From assembly GCA_030141605.1 (NCBI GenBank), contig JAQGDQ010000795.1, positions 1 through 64,000 of the forward strand: 64,000 nt of DNA. Direction: 5' to 3'. The stretch comes from Tubiluchus corallicola (taxonomy: Eukaryota; Animalia; Priapulida). Positions 1 through 14,090 of the stretch are shown here, piece after piece (position 1 is the first letter of the stretch; every line of letters starts with the position of its first letter). The notes under the pieces were generated by a model. The model was not told where the DNA came from and made no database searches. It was given only the letters and a program-made list of their open reading frames with translations. Made by a program: the position numbers and the translations under genes.

Positions 1-675
1 GGCAAATTCAACAATCGTAGCGACAGAACTGCAAAAATTTTCACTACAGGGACTTCAAGAGACCAGGATTATATTTTAACATCGAAAATACGAAAATGTG
101 TCAATCGTAATCAATGTTAGTAAACAAACATCAATACTTAAAGATGATTTTTGAAGATTTGATTACAGAAATGGAACACTAACGATGATTACAGAAATGA
201 TAGATTCCCAACGCCACCTATTGTGTAAGATCACTAACTTTTTCTCATTCTCGCCTCTGCCTCTTTTACAGAGCATCGCATTACGGCTCTGACTACCAGG
301 GGGCAGCTTTTCATTGGAAATAGTTTATTGAGAAAGAAAGCATGGATTTGAGGTTATGCATTAAAACCGAAGCTACAGCAAGAGCTTTTTTGAATTTGTA
401 CGATGCCAGTATAAACTGCGTCTCTACATTTGGAAACTATATTAGCATTTAATATAATCAACTGTGTGTGTAACAAAAAATAATGCTGTTAATTGTTACA
501 GGTTTGCACTGCAAATGTTCACCCGCAGGTGGAGCCACTATCAAGCAACATAATACAGTTTTTGCTCGCGCACTGTGCACAAATAGTACTGCCACTGTTT
601 ACTTAGATAAGCTTGACTTTATGGCCACTTTAATCATAGTATCCTCGCCCAGATGCAATATTATTTAGGACCCAC

Positions 676-972
676 CTTGACGTAGACTTGCTATTAGTAC
701 CTATCTCATTACTATTGCTCCTGGATCGTGCGGAGCGATCCCGGCTTCGAGAACGCCGGCTCTTTTTCCCGGTCCTACTATCGTCGTCGTTCCGATGTCT
801 CGATCGCGAGGATTTTGATCGTCGGTCGGAACTGGGGCTTTGCGATCTACTGGAATACCTTCCGCGACTCGACGACCGATGCTTCTGGCTACGTCGAGAC
901 GGGCTCCGAGAGGGACTTCGCGTAGGGCGGCTTTCTCTGATAATCGTAGTGTAAACGGGCCTCTTGGGTGAT
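676..972 (-). CDS. Arg/Ser-rich protein, second coding exon
   Basis: SPKRPVYTTIIRESRPTRSPSRSPSRR...RSRSRDRSARSRS; 297 nt, phase 2-2, TGTTTAG / GTGGGT boundaries, in frame with the 4593-4957 exon. Confidence 0.75.
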
Positions 973-1196
973 CTAAACAATAAAAGGAATAAGATGCAAT
1001 TTACAATAAGCAAACATAATTTATATGTATAATATTTACTTGTAAAATAAACAGCTGAATGTAATGGAACAACATGATTACAGCTCTGTCATTGTAGAAA
1101 AGTTTATAGCAGAACTACATAGAAGGAGCCACTTGTAAAAACTTCATGGCTGACAGAATAGAAGTATTGAATTTGTAGAGAGCTTGAAGTATATTA

Positions 1197-1725
1197 GACT
1201 GAAGTTAGTTTAGATTATGTAGACTGGCTCACTTTGGTGGCTGAAACAAAGAATATGAAATTGTGTTGAACTGTGAAAGACTGAAGTTAGTGTGGATAGT
1301 TGTAGACTGGTTAGCTCTGGTGGTTGAAACAAAGAATATGAAATTGTGTTGAACTGTGAAAGACTGAAGTTAGTGTGGATAGTTGTAGACTGGTTTAGTC
1401 TGGTGGTTGAAACAAAGAATATGAAATTGTGCTGAACTGTGAAAGACTGAAGTTAGTGTGGACAGTTGAAGACTGGTTCGCTCTGGTGGTTGAAACAAAG
1501 AATATGAAATTGTGTTGAACTGTGAAAGACTGAAGTTAGTGTGGACAGTTGAAGACTGGTTCGCTCTGGTGGTTGAAAAAAGAATATGAAATTGTGTTGA
1601 ACTGTGAAAGACTGAAGTTAGTGTGGACAGTTGAAGACTGGTTCGCTCTGGTGGTTGAAACAAAGAATATGAAATTGTGTTGAACTGTGAAAGACTGAAG
1701 TTAGTGTGGACAGTTGTAGACTGGT
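1197..1725. repeat. 83-bp minisatellite, ~6.5 copies, in an intron of the RS gene
   Basis: Unit GACTGAAGTTAGTGTGGACAGTTGAAGACTGG...AACTGTGAAA starts at 1279, 1362, 1445, 1528... Confidence 0.95.
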
Positions 1726-4592
1726 ATTTACATATTACACTATTATTTACCATTCAACAGCAATGCTTAAGAAGAAAAAAACAGCCTGGCCTTGGCAGAG
1801 CTGCCCAAGTCACATGCACCCACCGAGCTTACTGATTGGCTAGTAAAACACACTAACAATAAACACTACCATATAAAGGAAGCCCAGCAGGTACAGGTGA
1901 CCAAGGCCACAACCTGGATTAAACTTGACTCAATTCAATAATAAATAATTGTAAAACGTAGGTGGCAGCACATATTGAATTATTATTATAGTACTTTAAA
2001 TTAAGAATAGCAAATGAAAGGTGAGACAGTCATGCGACCAAGAATCTAATCATTTAAGTAGTTATAGTCACATGAAATAAGATCTATCCAACAGGTTAAA
2101 AACTAAGTATGTTATACAAGTACAGTTTTACGGATAGTTTTCGCCACACGTTAGGCCCTTGTAAACGCAAAACACCTTGGACACATTTCTTCAAATTTAG
2201 TTTTCTAAATTTAGTTTTCTCAAATAAACGTATGAACAAATTTCTCAAATAAACAAACAAACAAGTAAACATTACTAATTCCATTACTGTCTACTAGTTC
2301 ATTAGGCCTAACAGGGTTCAAATTAAGTCGTCTTTCCCAACAGAAATGGGGACAGGCGGCTAAAAAAATCTGCCGATACACATTTTTTTCAATGTGTAGA
2401 GAATGCTACTGTTATGCACATACACGTTTCCCTACATATTAAATTTGGTCTTGTATGTCATGTGACCAGGTAGTTGGCCAGGTAGACATTACCTGGTATG
2501 CAATTCAAGTTGATATGATGCGAATGTTGTGAATTGATTTCTATTGCTTTTTTACAAGTGCCAAAACTCAGGGAGACCACATGTAAGTGTCTAATTATGT
2601 TTATTGAATTGCTTTATGCTATTAGGACTATTTTGCTGTTTTTTTTTGTATAATTATAGACGAAAATCACGTAATCTAATTTAGTAATGTACCGTATCAA
2701 ACATGTTTTTCGCTAAAAACTTATTGCTGTAATTTATTATTACAGATGAAACGACAATTGCTGCATATTAAACATATTTGATGTTCTGGAGCTTAAATGT
2801 AGTACACCTACCACATTAATGTTGTGCAGTAATTTGACAACATTACATAGGATATTTTTCCTATGCGAACACAACAGAGTAACTGTTTTAATAAGAAAGA
2901 ATCATACTCTGACTTTATGTAAAAAATATCCAAGTATTTACCGTGTACCTTTTAGTCTGTATATTTCATCAGTTTTCTTACATATTTTTTCTAAAACAGT
3001 TCGTTCAATGCACGAGTAAGCGAAGCGGTTCAAATCTGACATGCGCCAGCTAGAATTTCATTAAAGCGGCAGCGTCCTCGTATAAAAGGAAAGTGAAAAA
3101 AAATTGTGACTTTGCACTAAAATGCTAGCCAAAAAATCATATTAATTAAAAAAACAGGATGATTTTTCGTATAATACCCCATTTTCAAGTATGATAAAAA
3201 GTATACATTTTAGCACAATTAATACTACAAGAGCGTTTCTGATAATTAAATGAAAGATTAAAAACTTAATTAATGGCAGGGGAGCTCCCGTATTGATGAC
3301 ATCACAAACTAACATAATTTCCAACAGCAAAAATATTCCACGAGTGCGCCGTGCACGTGTTTGTGAAAGCAAAAATTGAAGTACAGTGCTCCTGTAAGAC
3401 ATTCACTGTGCTGTACTAAGACTAAGCAAGTTTTAAGATAAAAATTAAAAATAAAAATTTATAGCTGCGCTCACGCATGAGCTGTCGAATGTGTGCAGTT
3501 CGTCATAACATAACACACCTGAACTAAGAGGTACAGCGCCTGACCTGTTTTATGAAATCGTGGTGCTAGTGTCCGTCTAACTAGCAAATCGCGAAATGCA
3601 TGTAACAGCGAAGAACTAGAGGCGCAAACACGAATTTGTTCAGAAGACTGGCACCCCGCCTAATTTGTACAATGGGATTTACTATTATTACACTCATATC
3701 TTAGTTTGCCGGCCAAAAGTGAAGAATGTCTGATACTAAGCTAATACAGTAGGCGCCGTGTATTAGACTCACGGTAATGTAGAATCAATTGCCTAATTGT
3801 CTCAAAAGCAAGGGTGAGCATTCTCTACCAGAAAGCGAATTCGAATCGAATCGAATCGAATTTGTGACTTTCGAACTCGAAAGTTTTCAAACCACTAGTA
3901 AAAAGTGGTCTTACAAAGATCATGCATATTACTTGATTTTGTTCGGCAATAAGCCCACTATTAGGTTGTTAAAAATTTTGCACAGAAACTGCAGCTAAAT
4001 TGTGCACATTGCATGCTGTTTCAAACATTGTGATGATAAAGAGCGTTTGTGGCTGAAGTGCTTAATTATTCGAATATATATAGTTTTAGGTTCGGATTGA
4101 ATTCGTACTAAAAATGCAAAAATATATGAAAACTGTCAGCAATTGACTCAAATAACTCCGCATAATTGATTCTATATTTTTGTACATGTATCGAGATATG
4201 CACTGATGTACGTGATGAAAGCAAAGTGGTGGCCCGCCAACTAGCGGTCAGCTCGTGAAGGCACTGTGTCTGTCCCAATTTTCCAATATCCATAAAATCA
4301 AGGTCCGGCAAATGGACATATGAGTGTGTTATCATCATAATCATTTAATACAATTATATAATTACAATTAATACAATTATATATATTACAAAAATATAAT
4401 ACAATAATATCAATACAGTTATATCATTTTACAATCAGTGCCGCTGACATAGCATAGATTCATAGCAAAACAGATTGTTAATTTAACGTGTTACACGGAA
4501 CCTGTCACAGATGTCACCACTAGTCAGTATACACACGCACGCTGCTTAACTGCTTACGATACTAAAGAGCCAATCAACTTGTATAGACCTAC

Positions 4593-4957
4593 CTTATGCT
4601 TCTAGATCTTGATCGATCGTCTTTTGACCTTGACCTCCTGGTCTCCGACCTTCGGTCTCGGGACTGTCGACTTGATGAGCGGGATCGCTTTCCTTTCTTT
4701 TTACTGCTCCTATATTGTGAGCTGCGAGACGAAGACCTCTTTCGCGATGACTTTTTCCGCTTCGATGCGTCACGCGAACTGTTACTACTGTAACTGCTTG
4801 ATCGTCTCACTTTGGTTATCTGTTTTAGTTTATCTGATATTTCGCTGCTGGAATTATCTGAACTGGATTTATTTTCCTTTTTTCTCCTTTTTGTGCTTTT
4901 TCGGCTTTTGCTACTTTGTCGTGAAACTTCGCTGTCTGAGCTTGAGTGCCGCCCCAT
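4593..4957 (-). CDS. Arg/Ser-rich protein, first coding exon (possibly RSRC1/SRrp53-like)
   Basis: MGRHSSSDSEVSRQSSKSRKSTKRRKK...RSRSKDDRSRSRSIR. Acceptor CACTAG just upstream, donor GTAGGT in phase 2. The N-terminus recalls RSRC1 (MGRRSSD), but low complexity limits the assignment. Confidence 0.72.
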
Positions 4958-5499
4958 CGCTCCTAGTGACAAAAATATTTTAATTTCAATGTTATTTCAA
5001 AATGCAAAGCCAGAAACTACAGGAAATATTCAAATTCCGTTTCCCGATTTTTGCTTGATTTTTTGATAAGTAAGGATTTTTACAAATGGTAAAAACAGAG
5101 AAGTGATCTGATACTTGGTTCAGGACTATTTATTTATTTATTAAATATATCCACAACGATCATTACAGCATTGCAAATAAAAGTATTTAATAACATATTT
5201 ATTACTATGTACACAAGATGCCAAGCTGCAAATGACCCATGGGGTACTCAAGAAGTCATTACTTGTTCAGAGCACCCCAAATGAACATGGATTGAGTGTA
5301 ATAGAAAAGAGCAGTAAAGGAGTAGAAAAGAAAGGTTAATAGAGAATAGAAAAAAAGAGAAAGATGTGATGGTATCTGTATGAAGTAACGTGAACTAAAG
5401 AAATGTACGTGTTAATTGACATAGCCAGCAGCGCAATGGATTCCGACAGTGACAGCAGCATAATTAGTTAAATTGATTTATTCTGTATAATTAGAAGAG

Positions 5500-6450
5500 A
5501 TTTCGCTTGTAAGATTTCTTTTGAAGTTATTTATAGATAAAGAATTTTTCATTTATTTGTTGATGTTATTCCAAAGTCTATGGCCAGTGTAAGTGATCAC
5601 TACACCGGCATAAATGGGAGAAGGGGAGTAAGTGTATAAATGTGGTCAATACTTGTTTTAGCTGTAGAAGAAAAATGTGTAGGCTTAGTAATCAATGGTG
5701 TAAAGTAATTGGCAAAAAGCATATTGGTATAGTCCTGAACACATTGCTTGGAGTCAAACTGTAATAAGTCGTTACTAACATCTCCGCACACATAAGCCAA
5801 TTTATCTGTTTTGCTGATTTTATTCAGAAGTTTGTCCATCTCTTCGTGAAAACATCTGAGTGGAGCGTTTGAGTGGTGATAGATCACCCCAAAAATAATA
5901 TTTTTACTACAAGTTTTTGTCGACAAGATGTTCAACCTGAATATGGCTATGCCCAGGGGGCAAGGTATCATTTATCAACTTATCATATTCTATTTTTAAA
6001 TTTCTTTTAATTTGAAATTCTATAGAATTTTTAATATATAAAGCGCTACCCTACCTGCGTTAGTTACCGAGTTATGTGAAATATAAATGTAACCGGGAAG
6101 AGAACACAAAAAAGATTGATGAATTATCTTTTATACAAGTTTCACTAATGGCGATAACATCAGGAGCCTGAGAAAAATAACAAAGTAAATCGAGCATACA
6201 CGAGTAATTTTTGGTTAAACTATTTGCATTCATATGGACAAACAAAAAATCATTTTTATCTGCATTGAGATTGATGTCATTCTTTAGAGATTCGAGTTTA
6301 TAATAATCACATGTGAACTTCACTAAATTGTGATCAGGATCATAAGAATCAGCCTTGTTAGGCTGGCGAGTTCTATGTTGATTTGTTCTAATAATTCGGT
6401 TGCTTTTCGAAACAAAATTACGATTTTTTTACTTTTTAAGACATGGAAAT
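5500..6450 (-). mobile_element. Degenerate CR1/L2-group LINE, APE endonuclease remnant
   Basis: Frameshifted motifs HMNANSL, PDVIAISET, GVIYH, VCGD, PLITKPTH..TSIDHIY. Confidence 0.8.
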
Positions 6451-6779
6451 TTTAGAAGAATCGCCATGACAGTAACAGCGCCATCTATTAAACGACAGTC
6501 ACAGTGGATAAGGTATTGAAGATCGTAGATTACATAACATAATTATCTTAAACCATTGTACTTACTTTTATTGAGAACTCGTACCGCCAATTTTTCAAGA
6601 AAACAACGTGAAAATGATTTTTGTAGGCGCTATTACACTTTCGGACCTCCTAGTTTTTTTCTAGTTTATTACTCGTTTCTAGGCTCGTATCTCATTATTC
6701 TCACGACTTCAGTGAATGTTTGTGATAATCTGGTGATAATTTAGTCATATGTTTAGTGTATAATACCAAATAATTACGT

Positions 6780-6910
6780 AGTATTCACAGTTGCACACCA
6801 TACAGTACATATCGCCATCATGTTTGTGTGGAGTCACGTGACGAATTTCGTATTAGTTTTGGCATTATCGAGGCCTAAGTTGAAAGGCACGTGACACACG
6901 CGTTTACGAA
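6780..6910. promoter_or_regulatory. Possible promoter of the RS-rich gene
   Basis: CpG-enriched patch with GTCACGTGAC and GCACGTGAC E-boxes and a CGCCAT (YY1-like) motif, upstream of the first coding exon. Confidence 0.3.
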
Positions 6911-7751
6911 ATAAAGAAAAAACCTTTACTTTTATAATCTAATAATATTACAGTAACAAATAGAATTAATGATTAATAATTGTAGTCGCCTTAGAAAATT
7001 TCCTTGTATATGTCAGCTTGGGTCTGACTACACACTGAAGGAGAAACAAAAAATTCGGGACGTCTTTCAAAGAAAAGACAATTTGCAAAATGTCACAGGA
7101 CTATAATGGCATTTTTGGTCTAGAAATATTGTATTTAAGGCCTGCACCCTACCTATAAATACAATTGGTTTGAAGCTCAGCTGCCCTCAGTGATGCTGTA
7201 GTTTCTAAAAAAAATTATTAATTTTAATTTATATTTAAATTTTATTTAAAGTCATACTGTAGAAGTACGAGGGGAAAGGTAGTGGAAAACAAATAAGAAG
7301 TTCTTTTTGTTAGTGTTTCTGTACGCAAAATTTATTATATTTTTGCATAATCCTTTTATTTTAGCACTGTTGTAAATGAAGTATAATTATTTGCATTGTT
7401 GCCGAATAAATACTCCCTCCTTATGATCACACGCCCCCGACTACTGGGTTATTTGCTGCATACTTAAAACAATGGCTTTACTCATTAGTTTAGGGGTTTG
7501 TGTGACCACAAAATATTATAGTTAAATGGCTTTTTGTCACTTGCCACATATAAATACATTCGTTCTAGGCAAACCAACACTTTATGTTATCTTTCTTCAA
7601 TTGGGCAGCTTTCTAATTGAAATTTATTTACAGAAAATCCCACACCTCGGGATGTCAGGAAGTTTGAAAAAACCGAACACCTGCTTACTTGCAGTCCCAT
7701 ATGCAATAAATAATTTTAAACCGTCCAAAAGAAAAAGATGATTCCTGAAGA

Positions 7752-8090
7752 ATTTAAGAAGAATAACAAGAAGAACCAGAAGAAAAACAAGAAGAAAAAG
7801 TAGAACAACAACAGACAGACACAACAAGGGCAAGAAAAAAACAATAACAAGAAAAACAAGAAGATGCAGAAGAAAAACAAGAAGAAAAAGTAGAACAACA
7901 ACAGACAGACACAACAAGGGCAAGAAAAAAACAATAACAAGAAAAACAAGAAGATGCAGAAGAAAAACAAAAAAGAACAAAAAGAAGAGAAGAAAAGAAC
8001 AACAACTAAGGACAAAAAGTACAAGAACAAGAACGAAAATTAAAAAAAAAGAAAAATAAAAGAAGAAGAAGAAGAACAACAACAACAGCA
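7752..8090. repeat. AAG/AAC-rich low-complexity tract with an internal ~87-bp duplication
   Basis: GAAGAAAAACAAGAAGAAAAAGTAGAACAACAACAGACAGACACAACAAGGG occurs twice. Confidence 0.85.
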
Positions 8091-8591
8091 GAAATTGTAA
8101 TGCCTAAAAACCTATAATATTATGAGAATGTGGTGCATATTACACCTGTTCGTCTGCTTCACGGCCTACAGGTGTAAAAACAAAGAATACGGGCCGAGAA
8201 GCCCAGTAGTGCAAATGTATCAGTATTATACAGAATGCACGTCATAATTTGACGATTCCAACCTGGCCTTTCTGTCTGTAAAGGTGAATGCTGTAGGTTT
8301 GCTAATTTTTATACAAAAGTCTGTTCACATGTCATGGAGCTACTGGTTGTGCATTAAAGTTTATTTTACATTCGTATTCTTTTTACTTTTCTCGTCTGCT
8401 GTAAAGTATTTTATAGCTTGTATGCCGCTCTATACATCCTGAGACGGATCCACATTGGAACCGGGATCCGTTACAATATTATTACAAACCAAACTAAAAA
8501 AAATTATCAACTTTACCTATAACAGCAAACGTAATATTGATAATATTAGTAACAATAACGAAGTAAATACAAGAATTAGGTTTAGTTATTT

Positions 8592-8660
<69 letters not shown>

Positions 8661-8679
8661 TATAATAGTAAAGATAGAT

Positions 8680-9150
8680 CTACCAGAATGCCAAACAGCA
8701 CTAAGCACTAAGGTACCATCTCACCCAGGAGGGAATGCCACCAGATTTCTCGAATTGTTGTGTTCTTTTCACAATAGAAATATTGATAATAATAATATTA
8801 ATAATGACAATAACAATAACAACAATAACTATAATAGTAAAGATAGATCTGCCGGACTGCCTAACAGCACCAGTCAACTAGGCACTAAGGTACCGTCTCA
8901 CCCAGGAGGCAATGCCACCAGATTTCTCGAATTCTTGGCTTCCTTTCTCAACAACAACAACAACAACAATAATAATAATAATAATAATATTAATAAAGAC
9001 CTCAATTTTTCCTGAAAAAGGTCTAAGTTCATTGCACTAACCACTCTCTCAGGTAAACTATTCCATTTGTTCACTACACGGTGTGAAAGAAATGAACTTT
9101 TACAACGATTAGCTCTTGCATACGGTTTATACAATTTCTCAGAATGACCG
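8680..9150 (-). mobile_element. CR1-like LINE 3' end with duplicated tail and (AAT)n tracts
   Basis: FLSHRVVNKWNSLPERVVSAMNLDLFQEKL is a typical CR1 ORF2 C-terminus. The tail segment TCTCACCCAGGAGG..GCCACCAGATTTCTCGAA occurs twice. Confidence 0.7.
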
Positions 9151-9239
9151 CTAGTGGGCAGCAGATCTGCAGGCTTAAATAGTGTATCACATGGCCAGCA
9201 GAGGTGCAGGCTTAAATAGTGTATCACGGCCAACGCGGT

Positions 9240-9664
9240 TGTCTCCATTTATTAGGGAGAAGAACATCGTCGTACCTGAATGGCCTGGAAACAGCCCGGA
9301 CGTCAATCCGATAGAGAATTTCTTGGAGATACTGAAGGATAAGGTGGCAGACAGGCAGCCCTCAAGTGCTGAAGAGTTATCACGGACGTTTGGGTTAAAG
9401 AAATTACTTCCGAGTACTGCCAAAACCTATTTTCCAGTATGCCTCTTAGAATGAAGGCAGTGATTGACAACATCGGCGGCCATAAAAAGTACTAAAATGT
9501 TCAAGGACAGTGACTATTTTTGGATAAAAACATACAAACTATGCTGTAGTATATTTCTCTAGAAGAATAAATGAATAGTTTTTAGATGGAACCGTGCTAA
9601 ACGATGGTTTCGTCAATTTTCACGGAAAAATCACTTTGGTCTGAAACTTTTGCAAATGATTGTA
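9240..9664 (+). mobile_element. Tc1-like transposon 3' remnant
   Basis: WPGNSPDVNPIEN (Tc1 WPxxSPDLNPIE motif); ends AAACTTTTGCAAATGATTG-TA. Confidence 0.8.
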
Positions 9665-11727
9665 CTTGAATACTTCATACAAGTCAGTTGGTTTCTCTTT
9701 GTTGGAGTGAAAAAAATTTCAGGACGCAAATCAGCTGCATCACGTAATCACAGTCACCTATCTTGAATTTTCTCCAATCTCTAAGTTAGAAAATTAGGGC
9801 AATTTTTAAGCAAGACTTTGTGAGATTTTGTGGTCTTTTCCTTCTTCCTATCCCGTATCTTACTATTTTTTCCATTCCTTCATGTCTACTAACCCTAACC
9901 ATTCTTTCATTCACTCATTTCTGCCACCCTAACAAGCCATGCTTTCAAGGTGTCATACAGCAACTCTTTTATTTGGTTAATTTGACTTCATCAACGTTTT
10001 TTTTACCTATACTGTTTCTTTTTGTTTCAATAATATTGTATGTTTATGTATTGTATAATTATGTATTGCTGGAGTGAAATAAATTGATTGATTGATAAAT
10101 AAAAATAAATAAAAAAGACAAATTTTTAATTCATTACTACAATGCATTACTAATTAGACAAAATGTATGATGCCTACTGTATTACTACTACTACTACTAT
10201 TACTACTACCAATTTTACTGTTCCTATATTTATTTACATTTCATATACTTAAGTGACTATACTTAATGTGATATACAATAACTATACCAGCAACTTAAAT
10301 GTGTAATTTCCAACGATAAGTCACAATTGAATGAAAAAACAAAAGGCCATTATTAATATCTGAATTAGGGCACTTGGGTAAATAAAGAAGGCAAGGAATG
10401 CTTATGGCACTTTCGGTCTTTGCTTAGCAAAAATTTTAACTTAGTTGGTAACGGTGTTAGGCAGATCACGAGCATCGGACATCTTCAAAAGCTCATTTAG
10501 CGGGAGGCTTGGAAAGTAACACGGGGAATTTTATTGTTTTTCATTAAAACCACTAGCATCATGAATACCATCAGGTAATTAAGTAACTGGAATAAAAAAT
10601 TTATTGATTTTAAAATTTTCGATACCAAAGCACGTGGAACAAACTGAGATGTAAGCACAACTCCAATAAATAGCACAAAAACCTACCGATTTTAATATCA
10701 AATTGGGCTTTTTTGCTAGTTAATAAATTACAAAATAATAATAATAATAATAGCAAATTTCATTCATTGACTGTTATATACAGTTAAGATCTACTATACC
10801 AATTTTTCTGACCCTGATAAGTAATAATTGTATATTAAAAGTACAGCTCAATAAATTTAGACAGGACGTCACCATGTAAAGTACATTATCACATATAATT
10901 ATAGACACTCACACGTGTTAAGCCATAGTATCTTCATTACTTTACTGCAAAAATAAATATTAGTATATTAGAAAAGTAAAATCCTTTGGCATTAAAAAGT
11001 TATAAATGTATGACGATAATAAAATGTAGCCGTTTTTCACGGAGAAAGCACACGCCTATTGTAAGCACATAATGTAATGAAGCATTTGAAGGCCACCGGT
11101 CATTTAAATAACATAACTTAATTAGACAATAAATTCTTACGCATTCGACCTCTTACATCAGTTCATGCAAATTTATACAGAGTAAACTCCTAATTTGTTA
11201 ATCGGTTTGTGGAATTTTGATTGAGCCCTGATATAAACTTGAAATTTCTTTGTAGAATAAAGTTCATGAAAATTTAAACTGCAGCTGAAAATCTTCCATA
11301 ACACGCAGGTTTCGGTCAGTCTTGACCCCTTCAGGACCGCTAGCGTTGTTGCATTTTGCGACGATACATAAGAAATTGCTCTCACTAAGTAACAATATCA
11401 TTGTATTTGATAATTTTTGCAGTCTTCTACTCTTCATACAATAAATTTTTATGCAAAACTATACATGAAATGCATTTGCGTACCATAATCTGATCTAAAA
11501 TCAGTTTTTCACGAAAAAATTGAAAAAGTTTTCAGTAACTGCAGTGTTTGCACTGTAACAATGTACAGTATCACGTGTGTGAAATCGGTTAATGCAGAAA
11601 ATTTCAACTATCCAGACACAACACTGTGATTCACTTTGGCCTCAAGTCTACTCTATTTTTAAGGAGACGTTGTTAAAATACGAAGCGAAACGAATTTGTC
11701 CTTGGCTGATTGGCGGTTAGCAAAATA

Positions 11728-12175
11728 GTGTGTACGATCATGCAAGTGTACACCAGAGTAAGCTACTCAATGGGCTAAGCCTGGTTAGTGCTTGGATAGG
11801 TGACTGCCTAGGAATACCAGGTGCTGTAGGCTTGCGGGATGCCCACACTGTATCTCGACACTAGGTGGAGGAGCTGCACAAGCAGCCAACGGCTAGAGGG
11901 CAGAGGAGGTCAAGTGACCCAACCGCCATGTGTAGAGGAGTAAGCCTTCCAAATTGGGAGTGGAGCCCCAAGGCGGACCACTGCAGCATGCTTACTGACT
12001 CCGGCAGCTCCTGCAGCCAACCTGGTGCCAAACGCATCGCTCCGCTTTCCTTTGGACTACACCAGGGAGGAAGAGAGGGGGTTCCTGTTGCGTGTGCCCT
12101 GGAGACGTTCAAGGATCGGACTCTCTTGGCGCACATTCCATTGTCTTCCGAGACAGAAGGATGCCAACAACAGCC
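11728..12175 (+). mobile_element. 5S-rRNA-headed retroelement (SINE3-like)
   Basis: 11779-11833 GCCTGGTTAGTGCTTGGATAGGTGACTGCCTAGGAATACCAGGTGCTGTAGGCTT matches the 3' half of eukaryotic 5S rRNA (box C region). A GC-rich body and a short (CAA) tail follow. Confidence 0.7.
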
Positions 12176-12199
12176 GATATTCTGCTCAATAGAACAGTA

Positions 12200-12600
12200 C
12201 CCAATTTGTAAGTCCTTAGGGACAAGACATATTGTGCCACCATTCTTGTGTAGATACGTAATACTTGAAACCCAATTGGTTGGCTCGTTCACTGGGCGCA
12301 TAACACCTAAACTGTTGCATATGACCAAGTTAAGTCTTCGAGTTATCTTTTAACTGGATAGGTGTTCTTGTTGGTGTGTGTATGACAGGGTTGATGGTTG
12401 GATACACAGTTAACGTCTTAACCAGTTTTAAGGTCATTCACTGAATTAATTGTCGGCATTGTGTTTGTATGACGGAAAATTACCCACAGTTTTGTTCACG
12501 GTACAGTTGAGGGTTACAACTCCTAATTCTGTACAGGTTGATAGACCAAAGATGATTGGTCCCGATGTATCAGCAACATAAAATGTTAGCTACGTCTTTG
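12200..12600 (-). mobile_element. Gypsy/Ty3 pol remnant (reverse transcriptase N-terminus)
   Basis: LGVMRPVNEPTNWVSSITYLHKNGGTICLVPKDL resembles Gypsy GVIxPVxEPTxWVS..RICLDPxDLN. Confidence 0.65.
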
Positions 12601-12650
12601 CTCATACAGTAACAGAAAAATGCTAGGTCTTACAAGATCTGTTTTGAATA

Positions 12651-13097
12651 CAGTGTTCCCTCGCTACTTTGCGGTTCGTTTATCGCGGACTCGCTGTTTT
12701 GCGGGTTTTTGCGGTACTCCGTCTAAAGTATTTTTGCACATGCGTAGTACATGTTGTACAGTAATGTATAAATTTGATGAATTTTGCATAAAAAATCACA
12801 AAATGTATAAAAATATATTAAAAATATTAATTCTAAAGAATACTATAAATCATAAAAAATTACCATTTTCAGTAAATAGTGTATTTATTCAGCGGATGAA
12901 TGCACACCAAAAACGAAATGTAGTACTTGCGCCCGCTTGAGATGCTACATGCCGACGTGAGATTGTACACAACCCACGATTGGTTGATTGATGGAATGTA
13001 TAACTACTAAAATAAATACAGCGACCCTACTTCGCGGAAATTCACTTATCGCGGGTGGGCCTGGAACGGAACACCCTCCATAAGTGAGGGAACACTG
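12651..13097. mobile_element. Tigger/pogo-type MITE
   Basis: TIRs CAGTGTTCCCTC / GAGGGAACACTG flanked by TA. Confidence 0.82.
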
Positions 13098-13504
13098 TAG
13101 TGCAGTCCTGAGGGAGTTAAATTAGCAGAGTTTCGCATCATTAAGTGACACACCGGCCAATTTATAATTTCTCTTTTTCACATTTACAGCTCATACGATA
13201 TTATAAAAACTAATCAGTATCATTATTCTACATATTTACACTTATTTATAATAATTTATTTACTAGTTAAATTAATTAGGTTAAATATACGGAAATGTTT
13301 GCTTGCATATCAAAAACGTCCGGAAGTCGGCAATTAAGCTGGATTCTGATCTCCATCTAATGAGGATAATTTTGTTCATTTTTTTATTGTAGTTCTAAGC
13401 AGAGATAATCCACGTTGAAGCTGAGGTGCAGGCTACGCACTGAAAAACATAATCTTGAGAAAATCACTGTTAAAGTCAGCCATTGTTCGCGTTTTTACAA
13501 AACA

Positions 13505-14090
13505 CTTAGCAACCGTACAAATGTCGGTTGCTATGGACTTTACAAGAGCACATTGATGTTATGTTTAAATCCAATAGATGGCTCTTTCTTAGGAACCACA
13601 CAAACGTTGGTTGCTACGGACTTTGCAAGAACATATTGATGTTATGTTTAAATCCAGTAGATGACTCTTCCTTAGCAACCGCACATATGTTGGTTGCTAT
13701 GGACTTTACAAGAACACATTGATAATATGTTTAAATCCAGTAGAAGGCTTTTCTTTAGCAACCGCACAAATGTTGGTTGCTATGGAGTTTGCAAGAACAC
13801 ATTGATGTTATGTTTAAATCCAGTAGATGACTCTTCCTTAGCAACTGCACAAATGTTGGTTGCTATGGACTTTACAAGAGCACATTGATGTTATGTTTAA
13901 ATCCAGTAGATGGCTCTTCCTTAGCAACTGCACAAATGTTGGTTGCTATGGACTTTACAAGAACACATTGATATTATGTTTAAACCCTGTAAATGGCTCT
14001 TCCTTAGCAACCGCACAAATGTTGGTTGCCATGGACTTTACAAGAACACATTGATGCTATGTTTAAATCCAGTATATGGCTCTTCCTGAT
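13505..14090. repeat. 83-bp minisatellite, ~7 copies, inside a dispersed TIR element
   Basis: Unit TTAGCAACCGCACAAATGTTGGTTGCTATGGACTTTACAAGAACACATTGATG...GGCTCTTCC; ORF-track periodicity is 166 = 2 x 83. Confidence 0.93.

Noticed and set aside
238-345. Possible third exon of the RS-rich gene
   Set aside because: It is open in more than one frame, with no clear acceptor or recognisable domain.
688-5066. Plus-strand ORFs opposite the RS exons
   Set aside because: They are antisense shadows of low-complexity Arg/Ser coding sequence.
7624-8085. Hydrophobic membrane-protein-like ORF
   Set aside because: It is the antisense reading of an AAG/AAC low-complexity tract.
11740-11833. Functional 5S rRNA gene
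   Set aside because: The 5' half is diverged, there is no T-run terminator, and it is not in a tandem array.
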